From positions 2,688,001 to 2,752,000 of the forward strand of contig OY761611.1 of the NCBI GenBank assembly GCA_963664875.1: a stretch of DNA of 64,000 nt, written 5' to 3'. Of the stretch, positions 10,733-20,463 are shown in pieces. The translations under genes and the position numbers were made by a program. The DNA is from Candidatus Kapaibacterium sp. GTDB lineage: Bacteria > Bacteroidota > Ignavibacteria > Kapaibacteriales > UBA2268. Positions within the stretch are counted from its first letter, which is position 1; each line of letters begins with the position of its first letter. The notes below the pieces were generated by a model, which was not told the origin of the DNA, searched no databases, and saw only the letters and a program-made list of their open reading frames with translations.

Positions 10733-13700
10733 GTGAAAAAACGTTTAATGCAGTTTTTCGCTCTCGCAACGTTACTAATAGTTGCGTCCATACAAGCATG
10801 GGCTGCTCCAGTGGCCAGAACTTGTACTGCAAGTTCAAGCTCTGGTCCGGATTCCTTCCATGAGTTAACAATTAATGGATTAGAGTTGATCACTAATCAT
10901 TTTGCAGCACCTGGTGGTTATGTAGATTATACAAATCAAGCAATAACAGTTAGTGCTGGCGATGTTATGGATTTTTATGCGTACGGTCTTGAGTGGTACA
11001 GTGCAGGAAGTCCTTTGGGGCTATATTCTTGCCGTGTGTCAGTACTTGTAGATTTCAATTCAGATGGAGACTTCGAAGATGAAGGAGAACTTATTTGGAT
11101 TTCTACAGTAGGTGCTAACGAACATGAAGCACAAATTACTATTCCTGAAGAAGTAGATGGTGGCGAATATAGAATGTGTATTGTTGGAACAGAATCAACT
11201 TGGGGCGATCCAACTGTTCTTTCAAGTACAGGTTGTGGTAGTGATGCTTATGCAATGATTGTTGATGTTACCCTTATCGTTAAGCCTAAGACACCTACAC
11301 TTGTTGACATTTTCCCAACAACACCCGAAGATGGCGTAGCCGTATTTTCACGTGGCTACAAAATGGGACAACCATGGGTTGACGTAAAACGCGTAGATGG
11401 CATGCCAAACATATCTTATAAATACAAAGTAATTGGTCCTTTGCCATTAGAAACAGTAGTTTATGAAGCAAAAGTAGAAGGCAATGTAGCATCTAACTTA
11501 ATCACACCAAACCCACAGCCATTAGGCGAAGTTGCAAGAATGACAGTAACTCATGCAACAGGTTTGGCAGCAGAATATGATGCAAACAACCCTGACAACG
11601 TAGGTGGCACAGCAAATCCTGACAACACAGGTGTGTTTGATTTACAGACAAATCAGTTGCAAATCGAAGGCGGTTCATACCGTGCAATAGCTGAGCTAAG
11701 CTTCACCTTTGAAGGTCAGCCTATGACACTTACAAAATATAAAGATTTTGTAATCGCAATCGACAATGATATTGCAATTACATCAGTAAGAAAACCAATC
11801 AAAATGCCAAAAATGAAATATGGCAAAAACGTTCCTGTTCCAATCACAGCAACAGTAACAAACGTAGGTCTTTATGATGTAAGTGAATTTGAAATCACAG
11901 CAAAAGTATATCCTGAAAACGGAACAAATCCTGTATTCGAAACATCAGAACGCTGGAAAAATACATCAGCACCACTATCAACAGGCGATTTGACAGTAAT
12001 GGAATTAGATCCATACAGAGCCAAAGACGGTGTTGGTAATTTCCGCATCGAATTTGAAGTGGAATTGATAAGTGCATTTGACGAAGCACCTGCAAACAAC
12101 GTATATCCAAAAGTTGGCCAGGCTGCACACGTATTTGAAGTAGCATACCAACGCGATGCACAGCCAATAGCAGTAATCGCACCTGTAGGCTCAAATAACT
12201 ATGTAGGTCGTCCGATAATCCCAAGAATCGAATTAAAAAACAACGGTATTCTTGACTTATCTAACGTACCGACAAAATTGCAAATCAAAGCACCAAACGG
12301 CGCAGTAGTTTATGATGAAGACTTCGAAGTAGAAGTAGTACCATCAGGCTTATACAACACAATGAAAGAATACTTGCCTGTAGAATTTATCCCTGCAATG
12401 GCAGGCACATATACAGCCAAAGTATATACATCACTAACAACAGATGACAATAAAGCTAATGACATGTATGAAACAACATTCACAGTTATTAACTCCTTGT
12501 CAGGTACATACACAATCGGTACAACAAACTCATCAAGCACACGTAACTTTGCTACAATCCAAGATGCATTGGATATGATATATGAATCAGGTGTTTACGG
12601 TCCTGTAACATTTGAATTGACAGATGCATCATACACAGTAGGTAGCAAAATTGGCCAAAATCCTGCAATGGACTTGTCATCACACATCATCGGCGGCGGC
12701 GAAGATCACCCAATCGTGTTCAAACCATCACAAAGCCGTGCAGTGAGCAAAGGCTCAATTACAATTAACATGAAAAGCGGTAACGGTATTGGTGTGTTCA
12801 TTGCCCAGGCAGCAGAGCACAGCAATGCAGCAGCAGCAATTAATGTAGTAAGAGCAACATTGAAACGTGACTATGCAAATTCACCGGGTTACATCACATT
12901 TGATGGTGGCAGCCAGAAATCAATCAAATTCACGTTAGACACAGACGAACCATTCAAAGCAGTGTTCTATTTGGGTAACGGTGCATCAAACAATACAATC
13001 AAAAATTGTATAATCGAAGGTACAGATGCAGGCAGCTTTAAATGCTCATTGCCATTGACAGTATATTCAGCAGCACAGGGCGGCTTCAAATACGAAGCAG
13101 ACAAACGCTCAAATACATTGGCTTACACAGCCGGTATCGTGATGCGCAGTAAAGCACCGATTAACGAAAAATTCAATGCAAACACAGACGGTCTTGATAC
13201 CCTTGTAAATGCAAACAACGTAATCATGAACAACGAAATCAGCGGATTCGCTTATGGTGTTGCTTCTATGGGTATCGGTCAGTTGCTCGTACAAGGTTTA
13301 GGCCATAACGTAGAGCATTTCAACGAAAACAACGTAATCAGCAACAACGTAATTCATAATGTAGGCCGCGCAGGCGTTTTTGTAGGTCATGAAAAACACA
13401 CAGAAATCAGCGGTAACAGAATATATGACATCGAAGGCGGTTGCACAGGTCTTGACGCAGCAGGTATCATGGCAGGCGGTCAGTCAGCACGTGGCTATTT
13501 CGGCTACAACAACCGTATGGTAAACATATTGAACAACGAAATCAGCAGCATCAGCGGTACAGGCATGGTAAGTGGTATTCGCGTAGAGCAATCACCACAA
13601 CAGCTAATCGAAGGTAGCTTGCTTACAACATTCCCGGTAAATCCTGAATCAATGGTAATCGCAGGTAACATCGTATGGGAATTGTTGCCAAACGACGCAA

Positions 13701-16189
13701 ATACAGCAAGAGCAGGTATTTACGTATTCACACAACGCAACAGTTTTGACTCACCATTGCAGTCAGATTACTTCTCAAGAAATGACGCAATCGTAAATAA
13801 TACAATCATAGTAAACGGCGATGACGGCGTAATGAACACACGTGCAGTAATGGGCGTAGGTCTTCAAAACGTAATGGGTACAGTACTCAAAAACAACGCA
13901 ATCGCAACAATGGATAACGACTATGCAGCAACTTGCCCTGTATCAGCATGCGTGTTCTACCAAGGACCTTCAATGGAAGAGGCAGGCGTAATTTCTGACC
14001 GCAACGTATATTGGACAGAAAACTCAGCATCATCAGTTTACCGTTGGATCGAAACAGATGCAGCCGGCAACAAATTGTCAGATGCAGCAATCAATGAATA
14101 CAAAACATTGGCACAATGGCAAGCATGGGCAGGAGCAGACAAATACTCAGTATATTCAAAATTCATGACAGATTACGCATTTGTAGGAACAAATCCACAG
14201 AACTTACGCGTTAAATCAAACCCAATGCCATTGAACTCAGTACTAAATAACCGTGGCGATATCCTAGATGTAACAACAAGCGACATCACAGGCAAAGTAC
14301 GCGGCGAAGCAGGTCAGAGATACGACATCGGTGCGTTAGAATTTAACGGACGCGTATATGTAAGCGATATGGAATCAACTACAATCACAGCACCTGCATC
14401 ATACCGTGCAACAGAAGGTATCTTTGCAGATGCAGAACACATCATGACAGAAGCCCCTGTAGAAGTAAGTGCACGTTTGAGAAACAACGGTAGCTTATTC
14501 CAAACAGGCGCAGAAGTAACAGTAAAAATCTATCGTGAATTGCCAAACGGTACATTCGGTGCAGCACCTGACTACGAACAAACAGTAAAAGTAGATGCAA
14601 CAACCTACGAATACGTTGATGTAAACTTCAACCTTGCCGATGGCAAAGGCTTAGAATTTGTACCAGAAACGTATGCAGACTTGCGTTTGAACCCAAGCTA
14701 TGCAGCATCAGTACCTGAAGTATATTCAGAAATGACAGCAAACGTAACACCACGCTACAAAATAATGATAGTAACAGAAAGCGATGAAGACAACACAAAC
14801 AACGAAGCATCAAAAATCGTAAGATTCTTCATTCGCCGCTCATGGATGAACATGTTGGTAAGCAGCCAGTATGTAAATGCAGACTTGAGCAACACACCAA
14901 GCCTAACAGAAATCGCAGGTAAATTGAACCACGACCGCGTAGTAAACGGTTTGAGCTTTGTAGGCTGGAAAGTAGCAATCAATCCGACAGCAACAACAAT
15001 CGCCAACGACACAATCGACTATGACGTATTAGACAGAAACAACTGGGAAGCAAGAGCCATAGATTATGGTCACTACCGCACAGTAGTATGGTCAGACGCA
15101 CACGATGTGATGGGCGATGCAGATGTAAAATTATCACGTTACGAACAATTAGACATAGAAAACTACTTTGCAAACGGAACTTCAATCGATAAGAAAAACT
15201 TGATTTTAGCATCACAGGAAATGATCAGAAACAACGGCGTAGTAGCACGCGATTTATTCAGAGCTACAGACCGCGTAAAAGCAAATCCTGAAGTAATCGA
15301 CTACACAGAAGTAACCGGCAGCAGCGTAGGCAGAAACCTAACAAACATAATAGCACCAACAAACTTCGTAGGCGACGCAGCACCAAACCCAGCATTAGTT
15401 GACATGTGGGACGGCGGCGAAGGTAGAGTTAAGTTGGCATACTACTACACAAATGAACTAAACGGCACAAGCACATTGTTACCGGAAGAAAAAATCATGG
15501 GTGTAGCCACAACAACAATCGGAACAAATATATGCTACTTAGGAGCAGACTGGCGCCACATAGCAGACATCGAAAAAATGCTAAGAAGCGTATTTGACTT
15601 CGCAGAAGCAAACGGCGGCATCATAATTCCAATCGAATTGGCAACATTTGATGCAAAAGCAGTAGGCAACCGAGTAGATTTGAACTGGTCAACTTTATCA
15701 GAAATCGAAAGTGACCGCTTCGAAGTAGAAAGAACAGAAATTACAGACGGCTATGCAGACCTATTCAGCAAAGTATCAGAAGTAAGCGCAAGCGGCACAA
15801 GCCACTCAGTACGCAACTACAACACAGCAGATTACGGCGTAGAATTAGGCAAAAAATATGCATACAGACTAAAAATGATAGAACGCAGCGGAAAATTCGA
15901 ATACAGCGAAATCGAAGAAGTGGAACTAAGCGCACCAAACAACTTGATGGTAGGCGAAGTAACACCAAATCCTGTAAGTGCACAGTCTAAAGTAAAAGTA
16001 AGCGGCGCAAGCACAGCAAACATTTACTTAAGCGACATGAGCGGACGCAAAGTAGTAGAATACGCAAAGGGCAACTTTGACGGCAGCGAAGTAACAATCG
16101 ACGCATCAAACTTGACAAGCGGCAGCTACACATTAGTAATCGAATTAGACGGCTACGTAATCACACGTAAAGTAAATGTAGTGAAATAA
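10733..16189 (+). CDS. Giant T9SS-secreted surface protein B (1818 aa), paralog of protein A with a GEVED-like N-terminal domain
   Basis: GTG start with AAGGTG SD; signal peptide; GEVED-like VDFNSDGDFEDEGE...ITIP...GEYRM; collinear similarity to protein A from ~aa 185 (TPNPQP, RGEAGQRYDIGALEFNGR, NVTPRYKI, FDFAEANGG); T9SS CTD. Confidence 0.88.
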   Translation: MKKRLMQFFALATLLIVASIQAWAAPVARTCTASSSSGPDSFHELTINGLELITNHFAAPGGYVDYTNQAITVSAGDVMDFYAYGLEWYSAGSPLGLYSCRVSVLVDFNSDGDFEDEGELIWISTVGANEHEAQITIPEEVDGGEYRMCIVGTESTWGDPTVLSSTGCGSDAYAMIVDVTLIVKPKTPTLVDIFPTTPEDGVAVFSRGYKMGQPWVDVKRVDGMPNISYKYKVIGPLPLETVVYEAKVEGNVASNLITPNPQPLGEVARMTVTHATGLAAEYDANNPDNVGGTANPDNTGVFDLQTNQLQIEGGSYRAIAELSFTFEGQPMTLTKYKDFVIAIDNDIAITSVRKPIKMPKMKYGKNVPVPITATVTNVGLYDVSEFEITAKVYPENGTNPVFETSERWKNTSAPLSTGDLTVMELDPYRAKDGVGNFRIEFEVELISAFDEAPANNVYPKVGQAAHVFEVAYQRDAQPIAVIAPVGSNNYVGRPIIPRIELKNNGILDLSNVPTKLQIKAPNGAVVYDEDFEVEVVPSGLYNTMKEYLPVEFIPAMAGTYTAKVYTSLTTDDNKANDMYETTFTVINSLSGTYTIGTTNSSSTRNFATIQDALDMIYESGVYGPVTFELTDASYTVGSKIGQNPAMDLSSHIIGGGEDHPIVFKPSQSRAVSKGSITINMKSGNGIGVFIAQAAEHSNAAAAINVVRATLKRDYANSPGYITFDGGSQKSIKFTLDTDEPFKAVFYLGNGASNNTIKNCIIEGTDAGSFKCSLPLTVYSAAQGGFKYEADKRSNTLAYTAGIVMRSKAPINEKFNANTDGLDTLVNANNVIMNNEISGFAYGVASMGIGQLLVQGLGHNVEHFNENNVISNNVIHNVGRAGVFVGHEKHTEISGNRIYDIEGGCTGLDAAGIMAGGQSARGYFGYNNRMVNILNNEISSISGTGMVSGIRVEQSPQQLIEGSLLTTFPVNPESMVIAGNIVWELLPNDANTARAGIYVFTQRNSFDSPLQSDYFSRNDAIVNNTIIVNGDDGVMNTRAVMGVGLQNVMGTVLKNNAIATMDNDYAATCPVSACVFYQGPSMEEAGVISDRNVYWTENSASSVYRWIETDAAGNKLSDAAINEYKTLAQWQAWAGADKYSVYSKFMTDYAFVGTNPQNLRVKSNPMPLNSVLNNRGDILDVTTSDITGKVRGEAGQRYDIGALEFNGRVYVSDMESTTITAPASYRATEGIFADAEHIMTEAPVEVSARLRNNGSLFQTGAEVTVKIYRELPNGTFGAAPDYEQTVKVDATTYEYVDVNFNLADGKGLEFVPETYADLRLNPSYAASVPEVYSEMTANVTPRYKIMIVTESDEDNTNNEASKIVRFFIRRSWMNMLVSSQYVNADLSNTPSLTEIAGKLNHDRVVNGLSFVGWKVAINPTATTIANDTIDYDVLDRNNWEARAIDYGHYRTVVWSDAHDVMGDADVKLSRYEQLDIENYFANGTSIDKKNLILASQEMIRNNGVVARDLFRATDRVKANPEVIDYTEVTGSSVGRNLTNIIAPTNFVGDAAPNPALVDMWDGGEGRVKLAYYYTNELNGTSTLLPEEKIMGVATTTIGTNICYLGADWRHIADIEKMLRSVFDFAEANGGIIIPIELATFDAKAVGNRVDLNWSTLSEIESDRFEVERTEITDGYADLFSKVSEVSASGTSHSVRNYNTADYGVELGKKYAYRLKMIERSGKFEYSEIEEVELSAPNNLMVGEVTPNPVSAQSKVKVSGASTANIYLSDMSGRKVVEYAKGNFDGSEVTIDASNLTSGSYTLVIELDGYVITRKVNVVK

Positions 16190-16235
16190 TCCAAAAAACA
16201 CCGCATTTGCCAAACGAAGCAAACGCTAACTCACC

Positions 16236-16279
16236 AAAGCCGGCACTTTACCTCAAAAATAAAGTGCCGGCTTTTTTTT
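16236..16279 (+). terminator. Intrinsic terminator
   Basis: AAAGCCGGCACTTTA / TAAAGTGCCGGCTTT plus T-tract. Confidence 0.9.
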
Positions 16280-16456
16280 GTGCCAGGGTGTGTTGGGATT
16301 AGAAAGAGAGGGGTGAGAATTTTTGTAATCCGAAGAGTACATGACAGTGTACTATATGAGAAATAATCTCACAAGAAGACAAGTGAAAAAATAGTGTAAG
16401 CTAATAATAAATAAGGGAATTATAGATATTAGAAGTAATAGAGAAAAAAGGAGGAG

Positions 16457-16530
16457 TGATCCCGGCAGGATTCGAACCTGCGGCACCAAGTTTAGGAAAC
16501 TTGTGCTCTATCCTACTGAGCTACGGGACC
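16457..16530 (-). tRNA. tRNA-Arg(CCT)
   Basis: Reverse complement GGTCCCGTAGCTCAGTAGGATAGAGCACAAGTTTCCTAAACTTGGTGCCGCAGGTTCGAATCCTGCCGGGATCA folds as a cloverleaf; anticodon CCT; T-loop GTTCGAATC; CCA not encoded. Confidence 0.95.
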
Positions 16531-16988
16531 TAATTGATTGTTTCGTTGCCGTCTAACATAAAACGGGAACCAAATTTTGATCTGGTATCCGGATTGCGTA
16601 AGTAGTTAGCTACATACTGACGAATAGCACCTTTGTCAATGCCATTGGTCCCGGAAACCATAGCTTTTTCTATCATTGTTTCGATTTGTTCGTTGTCTAT
16701 CAATCCGAGCATTTGATACTGAATCATTTCACCCCATGCATCGCGTGTAAACAAGTCCTCTTCAGCACCTTGGATAACACGAAACGAAACATTAGAAGGA
16801 AATAAGTCCCCTTTAAATAGCTCGTCTGAAAATTCAACTCTATCCACTATCCAGCTGAATGCAGCTGAAATTTCCGAATTAGAATAGCCCAATTGTTTGA
16901 GTTTTGACAAATCAATCTCAGACATATCGTTCTTTTCTCTCAATTCGGAGAGCAAATATACTATTATTTCGATTATGCGTTCAAACAT
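16530..16988 (-). CDS. smg: DUF494 / Smg family protein
   Basis: MFERIIEIIVYL, L.QLGYS..EIS.AFSW, ..LGLI...QIE.MIE pattern; ATG at 16988. Confidence 0.8.
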   Translation of the reverse strand: MFERIIEIIVYLLSELREKNDMSEIDLSKLKQLGYSNSEISAAFSWIVDRVEFSDELFKGDLFPSNVSFRVIQGAEEDLFTRDAWGEMIQYQMLGLIDNEQIETMIEKAMVSGTNGIDKGAIRQYVANYLRNPDTRSKFGSRFMLDGNETIN

Positions 16989-17000
16989 ATTTTTCCACAA

Positions 17001-17414
17001 CTATTTAGTGATATATTTATTTTCTAAAGAGTGCATATATTCTCTCTGCTCAGGGGTTTCATCGTCGTATCCACAAAGATGAAGGGCACCATGAGCCGCT
17101 AGTCGCATCAATTCATTTGTAAGAGAAACTTTATAATCTTTAGACTGAACCTCTGCAGTATCCACGCTAATATATATTTCTCCGGCGAGGAAATTTTCCT
17201 CATCAAGATTGAAAGTAATAACATCAGTTGGGTAGTCATGCTGCAAAAATTCGATATTCATTTGATGTATGGCAGCGTCATCTAAAATAATTATATTCAA
17301 CTCAACATCGTGCCGTCCCTCACCTGCAAAAACGTTAGAAGCTGCTTCCTTCATTTTCTTTAAAGGTAAAAATTTACGTTCAGTGTGATTGAATACTTCT
17401 ATTTCTATTGCCAT
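17001..17414 (-). CDS. ybeY: rRNA maturation RNase YbeY
   Basis: HDYPTDVITF, GEIYIS, HGALHLCGYDD metal-binding motif. Confidence 0.95.
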   Translation of the reverse strand: MAIEIEVFNHTERKFLPLKKMKEAASNVFAGEGRHDVELNIIILDDAAIHQMNIEFLQHDYPTDVITFNLDEENFLAGEIYISVDTAEVQSKDYKVSLTNELMRLAAHGALHLCGYDDETPEQREYMHSLENKYITK

Positions 17415-17473
17415 GTATCAAAGCACTTACATAGTGGACGAGCAAATTGTTTTTATATTCTTATCTAAGCATA

Positions 17474-17905
17474 TTATTGAAGTTTGGCTTCAGTAATTGA
17501 AAGCTGCATTGCTGCCAAAAGTACTGCAGGATCGAGCTTGGCAAAATCAGCATTGATTATTTCTTTTCTGATTTTAGAAAATGAAGAGCAAGAGCATTGT
17601 TTACCTACTATAAGACAAGAAACAAAATCATCGTCTGCATTTACGAAGATAATTTCGTCCGGCTCAAATTCTATATAAAAAGTGCAGTCATGCAATTCGT
17701 GATAGCCGTGCTGAGTTTGCACACTAATCATGCTTCCTGTTGTGTCGCCACCGAGTGAAACATCATTGTGTAGGTTGATTACCATGCTCTGTTGCGTTTT
17801 TTTGTTGCTCATTTGCCAAGTAAAGGCATTGCCGAAATCTTTGGCTTCTGCATCCAAAAATCTTGATATATTGAGTATATCATCTTTGCTGAAAGTATAT
17901 GCCAT
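17474..17905 (-). CDS. Hypothetical protein
   Basis: 143-aa ATG-initiated ORF, co-oriented upstream of ybeY; no family recognised. Confidence 0.7.
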   Translation of the reverse strand: MAYTFSKDDILNISRFLDAEAKDFGNAFTWQMSNKKTQQSMVINLHNDVSLGGDTTGSMISVQTQHGYHELHDCTFYIEFEPDEIIFVNADDDFVSCLIVGKQCSCSSFSKIRKEIINADFAKLDPAVLLAAMQLSITEAKLQ

Positions 17906-18144
17906 AATATACCTAAATTTAAAAACCGCTTTTCTTTATTATGCTTAGAGACCATAGGCAAAATAATAGTTTTCCAATAAGAAAACAAAAACATATTTAG
18001 CATATATACAAAAACTATCAAAAAATTGTATTATACTTTATTAAATATTTCTTCCTGTTCCTTTTTTGCCTATGATACAGCTCTACATTCATGGTAATTC
18101 TGTCTCTAATATCGAAAGAATATATTATCTAATTTGTTCAATAT

Positions 18145-20271
18145 TTACGGTAAGGGAGTTTCAATATTGTTAAGACACAGATAGAAGGTAGAACCTACAC
18201 CTTGCTTGGACTCGACCCTGATGTTACCGCCTTGAAGTTCAGCAAACTCTTTACAGAGCAAAAGTCCTAAACCTGTACCTTCTTCTCCTTTGGTGCCTTT
18301 GGTTGTATTGTTACTGTCTAATGCAAAAAGCTTGTTTATTTGGTCTTTGGACATACCAATTCCTTGATCCCTGATTATGATTTCAGTGCATTCGTTGTGT
18401 GATGTTTTAGATTCTATAGTAATATCAGTATTATCTTCAGAAAACTTGATAGAATTAGAAAGTAGATTGCGAACTATAGTTGCGGTCAAATTAGGGTCTA
18501 TTATCATTTCTAATTCTGTTTTAACTAAATTATAAACAGTTATATTTTTACTATCTGCATTATTCTTAAGAGAATCCTTCACGTTTTCTACTAATCGGAA
18601 CAAATTTGTTTGCACCGGGTGACATTCAATTTTCCCTCTTTGAGAACGTGACCAAGTGAGTAGGTTTTCCATCAAATTATATACTTTGTCAGTAGAATCT
18701 TTCAAGGAATTGAGGAAGTCAATTCGCTCTTCTTCGCTGAACGAGTGATACTCTTCTACAAGCATGCCGGACATAAGCCTTAGACTCCCTACAGGATTGC
18801 GTAAATCATGGGCAATGATAGAGAACATTTTATCTTTAGCATTATTGGTATCAGTTAACTCAATTTTGGATTCTTCCAAAGCAGTATTTAATAGCTGTAA
18901 GTCTTTATTCTTGCTTTCTAATTGTTTATTTGTTTTTGCTTTATATCTGAATCTTGCATAAAGTAGGATAGCGAGGACGATAACTATACTTATAAGTATA
19001 AATAGTATAAGTCTTTCTCTACCAAGCAGTTTTTTGTCTTTTTCAAGAAGCTGAATTTGATAATCTTTTCTGCTTATACTCTCTTGAGCTTTCAATTTAT
19101 TAAGTCTGTATTTTATATTTTGAATATCCAAAGAGTCTTCTATTTCGTTAAGTTTCATCAAAGGCTCGATAGCCTTTGATTTATCACCAATTAGATAATA
19201 ATATTTGTACAAAGCTTCATTTGCGTTGTGAGCAACGTCCCAAATTGAGTATATAGTGGCAATAGAGTCTGCCTTCTGATAATACTCTAAGGATTTTTTG
19301 AAGTTAGAAATTTTAGAATATATGTAAGCAATATTTGTTAGGACTCTTGCAACTTCTCGGATAGAATTATATTTCGTATATATGTCTAAAGCTTTGAAAT
19401 ATGCTTCAAAGCTATCTTCAAAGTTTTTCTCTATCATGAGATAGTTACCAATACCCTGATAAACCAAGGCAAGATTGATAGAATCCTTTACCGAAGAATA
19501 ATATTTTAGAGCCTTTTCGTAGTTCTCTTTTGATAAATGCAGGTAAAACCTTGCAGAATCATTAAGTGTATAATTGTCTTTTTTGAGATAAACCTGTTCT
19601 ATGTCTTTGAATGACTTTGAAATATGTTTTTGCGACATACGAAGATAGATAGCTCCATAATTTAAAGCTACGCCCGGAGAAAAATCTTTTGGCATTTTCG
19701 GATAAGTATTATTTAGATGTTCGACAAGTTTGTTGTATTCGAGAGCTTGGTCGGTGTCTTCCATTTCAAAATACAAAGAAACTAAATTGGAATACAAAAT
19801 TGTGAGACTGACTGTATCTTTCCTCTTTTCTTTTAGCTCTTTTGATTCAAGATAATAATCTATTGCATTAGCAAACTGCATATTATTTTGATAAAGCATA
19901 CCAAGATTGCCGATACAAACAGAAATACCAAACGTATCTTTATTTGCTCTGTATTGCTCTAAAGCTGCCTGGAAATAATAAGTAGTACTATCAAAATCCT
20001 GTAAGTAATATTTGCTTAGAGCCATATTTTTTAGACCTACTGCAATCAGAGAATCATTTAAAGACTCCAAGGCTAATTTGTATCCAAGCTCTGCAAATTG
20101 ACCTCTTTCAACAGGAGAAATTGGCTCATAAGTGGAAGCAAGCGAAAATATTACTTCAATTTTATCCTTACCTTTTGTCTTTTTAAGTACAGATTTTAAG
20201 CTGTCTATTTTAGAAGCTTGGAGTGGATAGCACAATAGCAATATAAAAAGTATATTTAATAAAAATCTCAA
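18145..20271 (-). CDS. TPR-repeat sensor histidine kinase
   Basis: Signal/TM, periplasmic TPRs, TM, H-box FSIIAHDLRNP, N-box RNLLSNSIKF, DQGIG and GTGLGL G-boxes; TTG at 20271 with GGAG upstream (start uncertain). Confidence 0.9.
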   Translation of the reverse strand: MRFLLNILFILLLCYPLQASKIDSLKSVLKKTKGKDKIEVIFSLASTYEPISPVERGQFAELGYKLALESLNDSLIAVGLKNMALSKYYLQDFDSTTYYFQAALEQYRANKDTFGISVCIGNLGMLYQNNMQFANAIDYYLESKELKEKRKDTVSLTILYSNLVSLYFEMEDTDQALEYNKLVEHLNNTYPKMPKDFSPGVALNYGAIYLRMSQKHISKSFKDIEQVYLKKDNYTLNDSARFYLHLSKENYEKALKYYSSVKDSINLALVYQGIGNYLMIEKNFEDSFEAYFKALDIYTKYNSIREVARVLTNIAYIYSKISNFKKSLEYYQKADSIATIYSIWDVAHNANEALYKYYYLIGDKSKAIEPLMKLNEIEDSLDIQNIKYRLNKLKAQESISRKDYQIQLLEKDKKLLGRERLILFILISIVIVLAILLYARFRYKAKTNKQLESKNKDLQLLNTALEESKIELTDTNNAKDKMFSIIAHDLRNPVGSLRLMSGMLVEEYHSFSEEERIDFLNSLKDSTDKVYNLMENLLTWSRSQRGKIECHPVQTNLFRLVENVKDSLKNNADSKNITVYNLVKTELEMIIDPNLTATIVRNLLSNSIKFSEDNTDITIESKTSHNECTEIIIRDQGIGMSKDQINKLFALDSNNTTKGTKGEEGTGLGLLLCKEFAELQGGNIRVESKQGVGSTFYLCLNNIETPLP

Positions 20272-20463
20272 GTAATGCTCCGAAGGCTTATGATTACATT
20301 CTTCTAAAACGTATCTTTCTAAAGAATAGTATTGCAATCTAATGCTTTTTACTGATAAGTATCAAAATAAAATAACCAAAAAAGCATTTATTGATTTTGA
20401 AAAAGCTAAAATAATTTAGCTCCAATTCCTTATATTGCAGATAAAAAAATATTTGGGTATGAT

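Noticed and set aside
4290-16530. Giant genes as a tRNA-integrated genomic island
   Set aside because: They lie beyond the tRNA-Arg 3' end, but I found no integrase and no duplicated tRNA 3' fragment, and gene A has host-like codon usage.
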